A stretch of 63,960 bases of DNA, the filler included, from Dimargaris cristalligena (lineage: Eukaryota), in NCBI GenBank assembly GCA_003614675.1. It is 2 parts of 2 records of this genome, joined end to end, with 100 filler letters (N's around TTAATTAATTAA, not from the genome) between each part and the next. Parts side by side here need not be neighbours in the genome. Positions count along the whole stretch, not along the records: positions 32,095 to 63,960 come from ML002434.1; 1 more part is not named here. One strand, written 5' to 3'. The notes beneath the pieces were generated by a model, which was not told the DNA's origin, did no database searches, and saw nothing but the letters and a program-made list of their open reading frames with translations. Made by a program: the position numbers and the translations under genes. Position 1 is the stretch's first letter. Every line of letters begins with the position of its first letter. Of this stretch, positions 38,556 to 51,565 are shown piece by piece.

Positions 38556-39255
38556 GGAATTCAGTACTATGATCAAATGAAGCAAATGGGTCGAGATAAT
38601 AGGGATAAGAACCCAGCGTCCTTGGACATGTAACGGAACTTAAGGGAATGCGAGAAGGTTGGCCAACCCATGAAACATAAGCTAACCTGAGCGTAGAGGC
38701 TTCGTAGAAGTGGCCACTAACTTACTGAACTGGCCTGTCTGTTCCCAAGCAACTTGGTGGACTTTGGGTTGCGGATTCCGCTTGACGAACCAGCACTGGG
38801 TCTTTGGCATTTAGAGGTGGCGCTGGTACTATGGTAAAGGCACTGTGTTCCGCGTACTGTTAATCAACCTCCTTTGCTGCCTTGCCTTTCGTTTATAATA
38901 CCCATTGTTTCTAACCTAGGCGGACAAGCTTCGTAAAACATACTGCTATCACTTCCTGTTCATCCGCCATAGCTCCCTCCTACATTCATTTACTCTGTAT
39001 ATTATAGCTAACTTCCCGCATTCGTCCATTCTCGCTTATATTTCGTCACCCAAGTCCAACTATTCACTGCAGTTTATTCTAACGCGCCCTCGATTCCTTT
39101 CTAGCACATTTGCCAGCTGTGTTCGATTGCTGCATTTAATTCCCTCCGCAGACACCATACTCGACAGAAACCAGCGGCCTTTCCCAAACACTTCAACCAA
39201 CCCACCTCCGCCTCTCTGATCCATAAGGCATCGGCAACTCGGTTTCCCATTCCAC

Positions 39256-40762
39256 ATGGCTGGTCCGGCAAACACTCCCACCCAACCCTCTCGGTTCACG
39301 GCCAAGTCTGTTGCAGGCGTCCGGCGGGGAAATATTTGGGCAACCGACATGTCGGACTATCAATTTATCAAAGCGGTCGGCAAAAAACTTGGCTTGTAAG
39401 TACTGCGGTTGGACAAGTAATTATGCCCGCGATGTCGCTCTATTCATTTACCTAGTCGAATTTCAATACAAAGAGAGGTCTATGTACCATAGGTCATCTG
39501 GATGTGGTCGGTCATATCCGTACATCACTAAAATGGGCTATTTCTATGACTTTCTTATAATTGCCCGGCAACTGTAGCCCCATCCAAACGATCTGTACTG
39601 CACAGCTACTATTGACTAAATTCTATCGCAGACACTTCGACAATGTTTCGTTTTCAAAAATGGTAAGTCGAGCTCATCGGTATAAGTCGGCAAATTACTT
39701 TGACTGGCCCCACTGTACCGAAGGATATGTACACGTTCGTTGATCACCCCGCCAGCCCCACTTCCTGCCACCTGGTCATATAATACTATACACTAACAGG
39801 GCATTGCCCTCGTCAGATATTCGGAACACCGCATCGACTTTCATTTGGGCGTAGAGACTAACCCTCTTGGTATATTTGTGTTTAATTTGGGACTGGGCGT
39901 AATTGGAATCTCTAGGAGGTCAGTATTACCTGTCTATTCGTGGCTTGTAAGGCAGAGGAAACAATCAAAAAGCTACGCGACATCATCCTAGCGGTCTACG
40001 TTGTGGTCCACCCCACTGAGGATTACCTATCCGTCAAGGAGCATGAACTTGAGCAAATCCGGCGTCGGGTCATTTTGTGCGAGTCGGCCTTACTTGAAGT
40101 CCTCCATTTTTACTTCGAGTTTCCCCATCCCCACAAATACCTCATTAAATTCTCGAAATGTCTCCAAGGTAGGTCCGGACATTGATTCACGAATGCCCAT
40201 GGTTTTTATCTCGCGAATCCGGCTTTTTACTCTGTCATGGTACATGCCTACTATGATTATATTAACATTGGACATAGTGTATAATTCTCTCGGCTCCCCT
40301 TTTTAGTGGATAAAGAACTAGCCAGTCGGGCCTGGAAGATCGTTTCAGATTGGTAAGTATTCTTTGGCGTACTGTATAATTATCGAAATATATATATATT
40401 AAAGCGGCGAGTGTTAAGGTGGTGTGACGGCTGACTCATCTTCGAAAAGTATCTAACCCAGCTATTGATTCATTTATTGGTATATGTTCACGGATTCTCG
40501 CCTTAGCTTCCAAACCAACCTACCGCTCCAATTCCCACCCCATACCGTCGCAGCGGGGGCGCTTTATCTGGCCAGTAAAATGGCCGACCAGCCGCTGGTC
40601 CGAGCCCAAGAACAGCACGTCGTGGATCGCCGGCCCTGGTTCGTGAAGCTGGGTTCGCGGCTTGAGGATATCGACCGGTTCAGTAACTACATGATCGATT
40701 TCTACATTGCCAATTCTAAAAAATCCTCATCGTCGATGATCAAACAGGTTTCAGCCCATTAA
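39256..40762 (+). CDS. Transcriptional cyclin (cyclin K/Ctk2-like), 5 exons, ~259 aa
   Basis: FIKAVGKKLGFPIQTICTAQ...FY, CLFVACKAEETIKKLRDII, HPHKYL, LQFPPHTVAAGALYLA. Exons 39256-39395, 39578-39662, 39916-40168, 40307-40352, 40507-40762. Subfamily uncertain. Confidence 0.88.
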
Positions 40763-41017
40763 CATGATCCATTTATTTGATTATTCGACCATTTGCCTCC
40801 ATGAACCCGGGGCCCAGTTAACTGTCGATAATCAGACTCAACTTATGTTTTTTTCGAGAGAACATAAATGCATTACAGTTTGTTTCATACCTTTTTACGG
40901 GAAAGAGCTTTCATATTTGATCAAATTTGGAGTAAAATAGCCATCGTTTCGAATGCCCTTGGGCGAATACTATGGTCAGGCTGAACGGTAAACGGCTCAG
41001 CAATCTATAGGATACTA

Positions 41018-41021
<4 letters not shown>

Positions 41022-41051
<30 letters not shown>
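41022..41051. repeat. (TA)~15 microsatellite just 3' of the TMEM70-like stop
   Basis: Perfect TA run. Confidence 0.9.
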
Positions 41052-41054
<3 letters not shown>

Positions 41055-41057
41055 AAT

Positions 41058-42081
41058 TTACATTTGCGATTTCTGAAGGGCCTGGGCACGTCCCTGAAGA
41101 CTGGCCTCCTTACCCGACACCAAATTGAACACGGAGGTAAGTTCGGGGGTCTGGGCCGCTTCCTCGTGGGCAAAGAAAACGGTACCCACCGGGGCATACG
41201 AGACGGGTGGTTCGGTAGGTGACAGCGAGGCCGGGGGAGGCACCGAATGCCGGGCCACCTTCCAAACGGTAAAGACCCGTTGGCTGCGGGCCAGATCTTT
41301 CACTCGGACGGCCTGGAGTTTAGTGCGACCGAAAAAGTCGAGGGACTCCATGCGAAGAGTGGTTTCGGGGGTAATAGTCATACGGGCGGTAGTGGTGGTG
41401 GGGGAGGCAACGGTTTGGTCGGTATCCGAACTAATGGCAGTGAGCTTGGTAATGTAAGGATGCATGGCCCAGTGGATCAGGGCGGTGGATACCCCGCTGG
41501 TGGCGATAGCTAGAAAAAAAAAGAAGGGATGTATCAATGAAATTCAGAACGACAGTAAAAAGAGTAGGTGTGTGAGTTATAATACGAGTGGTCCTATAAC
41601 ATTAATCAACGGCATAGATTTATTCTGATAATCCTCGAATGCATGGTATACTCCAGGGGAGATCCAACTTACCGGAACTCGCCAGAACCGTCCGAATTTC
41701 CGGGGCCAGTCCCGAATCAATGGTCATAATCAGGGGAGCCAGCACAAACGTGGCGGTCAGCGAAGTCATCGAGAAACGCTTGAGGTATTTGGCCGTTTTA
41801 GCCAAGGGACCCTGGTAGATAACTTTACTCGAGATATTTGATTCGGCCTCGGGTGCGGGGTTGGTGGTTGAGGTAGAGGTGGAGGTTGAGGAAACCTTCG
41901 CGGAGGTAGAAAACAACGACTGGAAGGTTTGGGAACTAGGGGAAAGTTGGACGGCAACGGAAGACAGGGATGAGCGACAAACTAGCCGCTGGCTAAGTTG
42001 TACCCCACCCAACGTGGAGGTTATAACAAAGGTCGGGCGAAGTCGCCGAAGTGCGAATGAGGTGGAGCCCATGGATAGCAT
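41058..42081 (-). CDS. TMEM70-family mitochondrial inner-membrane protein, 2 exons, ~286 aa
   Basis: Presequence, IYQGPLAK...LKRFS, two hydrophobic segments, LIHWAMHPYITKL, RVFTVW. Exons 42081-41673, 41509-41058. Confidence 0.75.
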
Positions 42082-42584
42082 AGTCAATTCGATCGGGGGG
42101 CTAGGTTATTCGGGGCAGGAGGTGGTTTAAAAGGGCAAGGTACCTAAGAATTAGAACTATAGCAAATGGAATCGAATTCGGGGAGTATTACAGAAAAGTT
42201 AAATCCAATAGGCCTGAGCGGGTTTTTGATAGCCTCCTACACCTTTCCCTGATATATTTTTAATATTGGGGGTGAGTAAAAGTAGTAGGAATCCCACAGC
42301 TTTCTGAATGGCATAATGGCATACTTTGAATGTCATTGCTGAGATATCAAGATCACGTTACCTTGGTATTGTTGGCCTCATCCAATTACTTGACAGAAAA
42401 CCAATGGAAACAGTCAGGAGAGAGAAAGAGAGCATCATTTAGTTGCACACACCACACTTCACTATGGAGGTGGAATTCCAAACCCTTTCCAGTACCCTTT
42501 TCCCTAAAGCAACATTTACATATTCCCTACCTTCACTTTCGCTCAACCCCCCTTAAATACATAACCCCCCCCCCCTCATTCGCC

Positions 42585-43079
42585 ATGTCGCACCTCCCTC
42601 GTCCAATGCTCGTCCGTCGCATCGCCTCCCTGAGCGCATGGTCCCACTCCGCTGCCGCTGGGACCGCTCTTCCCTTCCGCAGCCTCCCATCCGGTACGGG
42701 GGCCCACCGTTCTCTATCCGCCTCCTCGTCCTATACGCAACTCCCCCGCCGCCGTCTATCCACCTCCCCCGCCCGCCATTTCTTCATCAGCGGTGACGCC
42801 ATTTCCAAACTCAAGGCCAGTCCGATAATGTTTAAGATCATGCGCCACCCTGACATCATGCAGAAACTCATTGAAATAGTCAAGTACGCCAGTTCCCAAG
42901 GGCTGATCGATCCCGAACAAATGAAGGCGGGCGGCAACGTGGATACCTCGAAATTGATGCAAGACCCCCAGTTGATGAAGAATATGGCTGAGCTCGCCGA
43001 GCTTTGGCAGAAGGCCGGTCTCGATTTGGAGGAAATGCGTAAACTAATGTCGGCTGGCCAACTACCAGGCAGTAAATAA
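42585..43079 (+). CDS. Mitochondrially targeted small protein with Met-rich STI1-like helical domain, 164 aa
   Basis: ATG in gccATG context. Arg/Ser-rich acid-free N-terminus ending RRRLSTSPARHF. C-terminal SP..HP..DP..DP helical pattern. Confidence 0.75.
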   Translation: MSHLPRPMLVRRIASLSAWSHSAAAGTALPFRSLPSGTGAHRSLSASSSYTQLPRRRLSTSPARHFFISGDAISKLKASPIMFKIMRHPDIMQKLIEIVKYASSQGLIDPEQMKAGGNVDTSKLMQDPQLMKNMAELAELWQKAGLDLEEMRKLMSAGQLPGSK

Positions 43080-43527
43080 TAATTGGGGAAGGGCCTAATT
43101 TTTGAAGCCCAGTTACTTTAATTCCGACGATAGTCCACACAAATAATAGTACTGCCATTGAATAACTAGGGTTGTTACCTCGTGTTTAAATATTACTCTA
43201 TTAAAAACAAAATCCTACATCCAACGGTCTAATGCAAGTGATTCCTAAAAGGTAATATCACCCAAACAAGTTGTAATTAAAGTATAGAGGGGACGCCTAT
43301 AATTTGACTCAATGAGCAATAAGGTTCAAGTCCACTGGTGCCAGCAATTGCTCCAATTTGGTTGTGTAAAATAGAAACATAATACGAATACTGCGGCCAA
43401 TACCAGGCCTTTTTTGGCGTAATTTTCGAAAGCAATGCCATCGGGAAATACATAAATACGAATATGGAATGGTTAACTACCCTACAACTTCTAGGAAGAG
43501 AATCCGAGGGGGGGGGGTCTTCTAAAG

Positions 43528-45588
43528 TTAGGTGGGCAGCTTATCCAGGATAGGGAACGGATGTGCCTCAGTGTTGAAAACGTACTCCGTCAAAGGCACG
43601 ACTGAGTCTGGACTGAAAAGCAAATACAAGTACTTGAGGGTTTCCGCCAAAAAGAACGTTTCCATTTTGTCCTCGCGGGGTGGGGGTACGACCGTTACGT
43701 CATGGAGAGAGGTGTAGCCCCCCGACTCCAACCGGGCGAATTTTTCAAAGGCCATAAAAATCTTCCAGCCCATTTCACGGTATTCCACTTTTTTGGTGAT
43801 ACGCCACAAGATAAAGAGGGATTCGATCGTTTCGGGTCGAAGCAGGTTAAAGCCACGGTCAGGTGGGATATCAAAATCACTATGGAGGGCTTCCGAACGC
43901 GGAGGGGAGTGGGACCCGTCACCGGCCATGGGAGCCGACCATTGGGTGCGGGGTAGGCCAATGTATTTTTGGGCCGCGGAAGTACGGGTGAGATAGGGGC
44001 TTCCTTCCCGTTGGTAGCCGCGGAAACGGACCATTTCGGGGGCCAATCCCGTCGCCGTGAAATCGTAGAGTTGCCAGCAACCGTAAGCCAATTTTTCGGC
44101 CAAATCGAGATCCTCCTGGTCCCGGACCTGCATGGTATGAGTGATGGGGGTCCCCTGAGCGGTCCGTCCGGCTTGAATCTCGGCTAGGGAGTAGCCGCGC
44201 GTGGCCCCTAGCGCCAAAAGCCCGGGCAGAAAACAGGACAGGTGCTCAGCCTTGGGGAAGAACTGGGGCTTATAGGGGGACTTGAGGTGGTGGACCTTGA
44301 CATACTGGTCCCAAGTCGAGCGGCCGAGGTAGGGCAGCCATAGGTCCCCCACTAGGGCGATATTAGTGGACACGGTCTGCCGAACCAAATGGCGTTTGAC
44401 GCCCTCCACCGAAGCGTCGTACATGTCGCGGTACACTTTTTGGTCGGCATGGCCCCGGGTTTGGATCCACTGTTTCAGCAAGTACTCGTAGTAGCTATCC
44501 CCGTGGGCCCCCATGGTGATATCCCCCGAGTACGGGGAATTGTTAAAGGGGTCCATAAAAACGGGCCACAGCCCGTCGAGCGGGGTGATTTGCTGGATCG
44601 ATCGCATGACCGCCTGGGCTTTGCGATGGTACTTGGGGTCCTTGGTGAGATGGCTGAGGTACGCAAACTCGAGCTGGAGGGTACCTACTTCGGCTAATGA
44701 AATGAGGGACGTTTTCCAAGATTCCATGTTCTGGTTTTCGGCAATCCGTTCGGGTGATCCTTCGGGTGATAGGGCCAGATACACAAATTTGGATGGGTAG
44801 TCGTTGTTCAAGGTCCAGGCCTTCATCAGACGGTCGGCCAAATCCACGGCTAGGGTCAAATAGATGGGATCCTGTTTACTGAGGTGATGGGCGGACAACA
44901 AGCCACCCAGAGTGCGGATATTCGTTTCAAAGACCGACACCGCATCCCCCTCGATATTAAAGTCAAGGGAATGGGCCACCCAGTCGCGGGCCTCCTTGTA
45001 TTCGGCGTCGAGGTTCATAATCAACATCGTATCAAGGCTGTCGACGATGGTGTAGCCCAGGCCGCGCGAGGATAAATTAAATCCCCGGTGGGCCATAGGG
45101 GCGTACTCGTCACTGCCGAACGCGTCCTGGCGGTAACCCTTCCAAGCGTGACGGAAGGCATCCACCACTTGGTTCCGTCGGGCAGTCCATTGTTCTTCCT
45201 GATTGACGGACAAAGGTGCGGGCGGGGGCTGGGGCTTAGCAGGGGTCGGAGTGCGGAATGTAGTTGGGCGTCGGTAGCCGGCCCATATATTGTCAAACGA
45301 CGTCAATAGGGCGAGGAACACCATGAATATAAAAAGGTACAGGAGAGGGAGCTGCCAGCGGCTCAAGGCAGAGGATCGGGATCGGTCCCTGTCCGGGTCG
45401 TCACCATCCCCCTCCTGAAAAATCAATGGTGAAAGCGAGGGGTTGCCAGCCGAAGGCTGGTTGTAGTCAGACTGGGGGTTCGTCTCGAGATGGTCGATGA
45501 CGGTGGTCTGCGGAGAATTCTGATTGGCGAGACTAGACTGCCGTTGACGATTATGGTAGGCGCCACCACCACGCTGAGCAGCGGCCAT
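43528..45588 (-). CDS. MNS1: Class I alpha-1,2-mannosidase (GH47), type II membrane, intronless, 686 aa
   Basis: VDSLDTM, SVFETNIRTLGGLLSA, LAEVGTLQLEF, GAHGDSYYEYLLKQ, LRPETIESL, METFFLAETLKYLYLLF, VFNTEAHP. N-terminal TM helix. Confidence 0.95.
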   Translation of the reverse strand: MAAAQRGGGAYHNRQRQSSLANQNSPQTTVIDHLETNPQSDYNQPSAGNPSLSPLIFQEGDGDDPDRDRSRSSALSRWQLPLLYLFIFMVFLALLTSFDNIWAGYRRPTTFRTPTPAKPQPPPAPLSVNQEEQWTARRNQVVDAFRHAWKGYRQDAFGSDEYAPMAHRGFNLSSRGLGYTIVDSLDTMLIMNLDAEYKEARDWVAHSLDFNIEGDAVSVFETNIRTLGGLLSAHHLSKQDPIYLTLAVDLADRLMKAWTLNNDYPSKFVYLALSPEGSPERIAENQNMESWKTSLISLAEVGTLQLEFAYLSHLTKDPKYHRKAQAVMRSIQQITPLDGLWPVFMDPFNNSPYSGDITMGAHGDSYYEYLLKQWIQTRGHADQKVYRDMYDASVEGVKRHLVRQTVSTNIALVGDLWLPYLGRSTWDQYVKVHHLKSPYKPQFFPKAEHLSCFLPGLLALGATRGYSLAEIQAGRTAQGTPITHTMQVRDQEDLDLAEKLAYGCWQLYDFTATGLAPEMVRFRGYQREGSPYLTRTSAAQKYIGLPRTQWSAPMAGDGSHSPPRSEALHSDFDIPPDRGFNLLRPETIESLFILWRITKKVEYREMGWKIFMAFEKFARLESGGYTSLHDVTVVPPPREDKMETFFLAETLKYLYLLFSPDSVVPLTEYVFNTEAHPFPILDKLPT

Positions 45589-47500
45589 GATGTTTACTAA
45601 TCAGAAGTGGTTGAGCTAGTAGGGGGCTTGGGGGTAATTATGCAATACAAGGAAGAAACTGTGCAAGGGGAGTATAAAGGCGGTCGGTATCGAAAGTGGC
45701 GCAGGGCAGTTTCTTGGTTCAAAGGGGGCGTATTAGGCCCGGCCAATATATAATAAAGTACAAATAGAAGGATGAGAGCCAAGACAACAAAGGACGACTG
45801 GGGTTACAGTCTTCACTATTGGGTTGAGTTCGAACTTACTGGGCGATACGGAAGCCGATGACTTCATAAACTACCGTACCCACTGGTATTCAATAAGATT
45901 GGGGGACCAGGAGGAGGGGGCTACACTATGGCAGTGATAGATGATAGAGCACACAGAAGTCCACGCTGGGAACTAAAATCATCATATAACACCTCTATCC
46001 CTCATAAAAGTTGCTTTGGTACGAGTGTGAGAGTTGATTGCTCCGAAGTATTTACCAGGTTTTGTTCGGTGGATTTAACACGTACCAACTGTGAGTTCGT
46101 TTAGGCATTATCGATAACATGGGTGCCGCGTTCCTGCTCAGTCCGCTGGTCCGTATTCCGCCAGTGACTGAATTGCATCCGTGACTGACTTCTGCAGATG
46201 ATTGATTCTTGGTGATAACTGTATTACGAGTAGGTCCAGCTGCAATCCCCATTTCTGGGCTGCGCTGGTGCAGGTCCTGACTAGAATTTATGCCTAACCA
46301 CCGGGTCCTCGGGATTGGGGGCATTGTAAATGTTCTTCTATACGAGCCAGGTGTTGCACGACATGAAGGGGACATTAGATCCTTGCAATTCATTTATCGA
46401 AATAGCCATTGAGAAAAGGAAGAATATAAAAATGTATTGTTCGGCAATTATAGCTAGAAGTCCCTTTGTTTATCAAAAATATCAGTTAATAAGCAGTGGT
46501 CTGGCCGTGTGCATGGCAATGATAAAGAAATTAATCAGAATTACCGATTGCATGCTATGAAATATGCCGCGGAGTTAGCTACAAATGATACCCATCGCCT
46601 AGATCAACCGGAAAACTTATAGGACCTCGTGGAGGACCATATTTCAAAGCAGGACCAAGGCCACTGGGCTTAAACACCTAAAAGTGCCTCTACTGGCTTG
46701 AGAAGGATATGGGGAAGATTCAACCAGGCTATATAACGAAAAACTCGTTAGATGAGGCGAATACTACTGGTTAAGCAAGAATATTCCGCCTATCTTCTCG
46801 TACACGTATTATCCATATCCCTTATACAACTGGACCGGATTTTACCCATATCCATAAATGGTGACAATATGGTGACGGCATAATAACCCAGGGTCGTAAC
46901 TTGAAGTCCATAATTAGCCTTGTGGTAACGGGGTCGAACCTGGGCAATACTGTATTTTTATCGGCACTTTGCCTTTGTTTATTATGGTGTTCTTCCTTTA
47001 ACTATTCGACCTATCTCTTATAACTTGACCACTGGCACTGATTTAATTTGATTTTACACGCTAGGGTCCTATTTAAACCGCCATGTCACTACTTCCTTGT
47101 CGGTTTTCCCCCCACCAATAGTAAAATTAATCATTCTAAAACCCACCGAGGATACTAAATTCACGGATAGGTTTTTAATAGAAAGATAAAGGCCCTGTAG
47201 GACCATTCATGGCAATGCGATAGTGTGGGTATTTTATTATGATATTGGTATGTGGTAGGTTTTATTTCCCAGCGTGGGTCCTTTGGATTGGTGGTATATC
47301 CCTCTCACATTATCAGCGAAGCACCCCGCACACTTTATCTTGAGCAGTTGACTTCGTCTTTGTAATGTCCCGCCTTCATTCTCGTTGAACCTTTTTTCCA
47401 ACCAATATTTACTTTCCCTCGTTCTCGCCAACCTGTCTTTAGTGTAATAGGTTTCCAAAATATTTCCTAGAGTTTTCCGTGTTCCCACTCTCCCAACAAC

Positions 47501-48497
47501 ATGAAGGTCACCGGCAAAAAGATTCCCATCCTCCGTCGCGGTTACATTCAGGAAGAGGATGCCGCCAAACTGGTGCTGGGTGACGGTATGTCCATTGAAA
47601 TTCCCACCAAGTCCTGTCATGTTTATTGTAATACTTGGACGCCGCTAAGAGCTAGGCTTTAGTCGACCCGAATGTAGCCCACGATTCTTGCCACCGGTAT
47701 TTACCCGCACACCGCCATTGGGCTGATTAAGGACTCATTTAACACCTCCGCATATATATCCCCGCCGTTCGCGCTTTTCACCGTATCCTCGGCAGACTTC
47801 CAAAACGAACAATGCCTTTTTATATCCGAGGTCAAAATCCTGCTCGACGCGCAGCGTGAAATTAAGGCCGGCGGCGATAAAAATGTCACCGGTGTCTACC
47901 AAAGCGCCGTAGACTACGTCAACCAATTTGCCCGTTTCAAAAACCAGGACACCGTCCGCGAAGTACGCCAGTAAGTTTCCCGGAGGTATATTATCTATGG
48001 GCCTTTGGAATCATTATATTCACGAATAACTACCCCTATTTCAACCGCTGTACTTATGGCTTAACACCGGTGATTTTCTGTATTAATTATTCCCATTTCC
48101 CCTAGATTTCTTGCGGAGGCCAATTTGGAACCCTTCGAAGTAGCCCAACTGGCCAACCTCTGCTGCGAGGAAGCCGAGGAAGCCAAATCACTTATCCCAA
48201 GGTAGGCCCACCTATTTATTTCCGACGTACAGTGACTGAACGAGACACCATCGCACCTGCCCTATCATTCATGGCTCCTGTGGGAGGGCACCTTATCGAC
48301 ACCCAATCTTGCTGTACCAATACCATGGCCCCCATGTCTCTTGCCCATGTATACATACTAATTTACAATGCTCTATACTGCACATGCCTCTTACAACCTC
48401 ATGTATCACACCCATTAGCCTAGAACACAAAAAGGAGGATACCAGCATCCAAGCCATTCTGAACGAAATGCTGACTCTTAAAAAGTTCCAGGCCTAA
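47501..48497 (+). CDS. RPB4: RNA polymerase II subunit Rpb4, 4 exons, ~144 aa
   Basis: EEDAAKL.LG.DF, CLFISEVKILL, DYVNQFARFK, FEVAQLANLCCEEAEEAKSLIPSL. Exons 47501-47585, 47796-47970, 48106-48201, 48419-48497. Confidence 0.95.
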
Positions 48498-50025
48498 CAT
48501 TTTTCTGGCACCACTTCAAATACCATATCATTCTATACCAACATTTGACACTGTATATTCCCTACTTTGGTTTATCACCGACCTTATGATAGTAACAGCC
48601 AAAATTTAAACTATTATTTGAAATTCCCTTGGGTATTATTCCCCAGTGTAGCTAATCGGTACACGATGTTATCCTAAAATACCGGTAGAAAGATGTTTAA
48701 CACGGCCGTTTAATATCTTGAAGGGGATATACAAGGGGAACCCAGCGAAATAACTCTGCAGTTGGTAGCATCTAGTCAAATGTACCAGAAACTATTGGTA
48801 TTGGTAACGGATGGGCGATAAATACCAGAGAAGTTACGGGTCCAATATTACCAATAGGCGGCATCAAAGCGGACCGGCCTCGTTGGGGAATTAGTCGTGT
48901 TGGAAATTCGCTGAAAATATGTTTTCATCTGAATGATGTTCTCAATTTCCTCACCAGTGGCCAAGTGTTATACATGGTTTCTGGATTGCCTATTGGGGAA
49001 GACGAACATCACACGAAAGAAGGTACATGAGCTTACCAATTTCTACTCGAGTATGCTCCAGTGGTAGTTCTATCGACGTAGAAGTGCCATCTATATTTAC
49101 CTAGTATATCCGCACATTGGATTAGTGCCCAAGATATATGGTCGCTTTGCATACCCGATAAATGAATAGCAGCGAGAAGACGCGTATCATTTATCGAATA
49201 GTTAGTCGTAATCACCAAATTTGATTTGCTGACCTAGACAGGGTACGGGATTGGGAAGAGTGATAGGGAGGGCCACTTCCAAAAGCAACATGCTGATACC
49301 AATTTCCACGCCATTGTGAACCAGTCATGAGAATGGTAGGGTTCCACCAACATGTGGGCCCCTTTCTTCATCAGCCCTACTCTTTATCCACCACTGCCAT
49401 TGCCTAAATTACAGTGCCCAACGCATTTCACTTGCTAGTATTGGGTTAGAATGGTTACTAAACGGTACTATTCGGTTGTTTCAACTGAGCAGGTGTTCGA
49501 TGTAATACATAGTACCCCTCGTACACTCTGAACATGTCCATATCAGTCCACTAACCGCATGTTCAACGACTATGCTATACCCCGCAAACGAATTGGGCAT
49601 GTGTTCGTGCATGCTATCGCTCGATTATTTTTTACATGTTCTTATTCTACGTATTATTATTTTTGCTCCGCGTTGAAGTGCGCGAAAAACGAATGTTGAT
49701 ATGAGTGTATACGAGACTTCAGAAATCCAGACATCATAGCCAATGAATTTTGTCCCCAGGCCCTCTTCTCGTGACACAATCCCAAAGGACACTCTCCTCG
49801 AAAGCACCCCCTAGATCATTACGCTATTATAAAAGCAATGCCCCTCGACATTATTCTGGGTCGATGCATACGTTTAAAATCAACATTAATAAGTCTCCAA
49901 TTTCACTTGCTTCCTACTCATGATTATTTTGCTCGGTTTCAAAACCAGTGATTCTTATAGCCCCACCTGGCCTTTAAATTTAACACTTATCACCAATATC
50001 CTTTTATTTTATTTTAAGCTACACA

Positions 50026-51565
50026 ATGAATCTAAAGGACACTATAGTGGCAGGAATAATTGGCTATTTAACCACATCTAGTTCCCCCTTGTATCCCAGC
50101 CACGACCATAACTCATACATTGCGAAACCCACCTGGTTTGAATCTATCCATATATTGCCCCATTTGATAAAGTCGGATATGGTGGAAAGACTGGACCTGT
50201 CGGCTTATCTCTGGTGGGCCCCAGTTCTGTTAAATACCGATTCCACCAATGACCCTAAGGTCCCCGATAAGGTAAAAAATAAATAGACATAAGTCTAGTT
50301 TATATATATTCTATGTATGGGATTTTAATGCGGGAAACGGCCCAATACCACTGATGTGTTTATTTACGCTCACCGACCTGTCAAGTTCTCTTATTGATCG
50401 TGGGCCATTTATCACTCAGATCTCTTAACGCAGTATACTAATGCCAGATCAATATTTTTTACTCCTATCGTTACTATCGACTCCTGTGTTGTAGGTAAGC
50501 CAATTCTTGGCCAAGCTAAATCAAACACTGGCTCTCAATTTGTCCTATCCAGCTGTGACCAGCCAGGTTGCCAATGAACTTTTCAAACAGTTCCCTTTAG
50601 AATCCACGAACGCCGTCTTTGAAAAAATTGTTGGTATCTACCCCAGATTAGCCCAGTTGGCAGAATCGGAAACAGGGTTACTCCATACCCAATCGAATTT
50701 ATTTATTGAAATCGGCTTATTTATCAACCGACATTACAATACGCCAAGACTTCCTCTTTTTACCCGAACTAATTGGAAGTATGTCGATCTGGCCCGGTTG
50801 TCCCCCGAGGAATTCGCCCGGAACTTTCCGGTAGCCCATACCGCCAACATCACAATTTTGAACCAAATGGCCCATCTAGACTCCGCAATCGGGGAATACG
50901 AGGGCCCAGTTGGACTGCCACAGCACCCTAACTTGGACCTGTTGCACTTGGGAATAAACCTGATGGATTCCAGTGAGGTAGTCTTCTATCTGGATCTGGT
51001 CGGTAAGGGTGTTATTCAACAAATGGCCAATGTAGCCATATGGCATTTGTACCGTACGGGCCAGTCGGCCGTCTTGGCGGAATTTATGGACCTCGACAGC
51101 ACATCCGACAATAGTAACCCTTCCCTCATCCCGTACCCTATGCTGTACCCGGCCGTCAATTTACTACTAGCACTAGCGGCAATACAACAGGATGAAGACC
51201 TCATTTGGAAGTTGACCCGCCGTTGGATTGACGATGGGACCCTCAGCTACCAGAACGAGGAGACGGGGGATGCTATTAAAGACCAGCGGGACGTGCTCGT
51301 TTGTCTACGTGCCAATGGAATGCAAGAAGCGGCGTCCTATCTCCAGCAACTCTGGAATGTGCAGTACCAGAGGTTGAAGCCCGCCTCGATTAGTCGTGCA
51401 ACATTGTGTCGGGGTGACCGTTGGCTACGTGTTTTACCCTCCGGAGATATGTGGTTGGCCTATTCGGCCCACCATTTCAAATTCAGTGACGAAGCTATTA
51501 TAACTGAACCCGGCGCTGATCCTGTGAACCCCGCATTCGAAATTATTGATTTGTGGGAGGAATAA
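50026..51565 (+). CDS. Hypothetical lineage-specific protein, 2 exons, ~438 aa, possibly secreted
   Basis: Exon 50026-50271 joins 50495-51565 in phase 0. Weak N-terminal hydrophobic segment. No family recognised. Confidence 0.65.

Noticed and set aside
46886-46945. Weak hairpin with GTTCGA and CTTCAA on the minus strand, superficially tRNA(Sec)-like
   Set aside because: Elements are in the wrong order, and no cloverleaf can be drawn.
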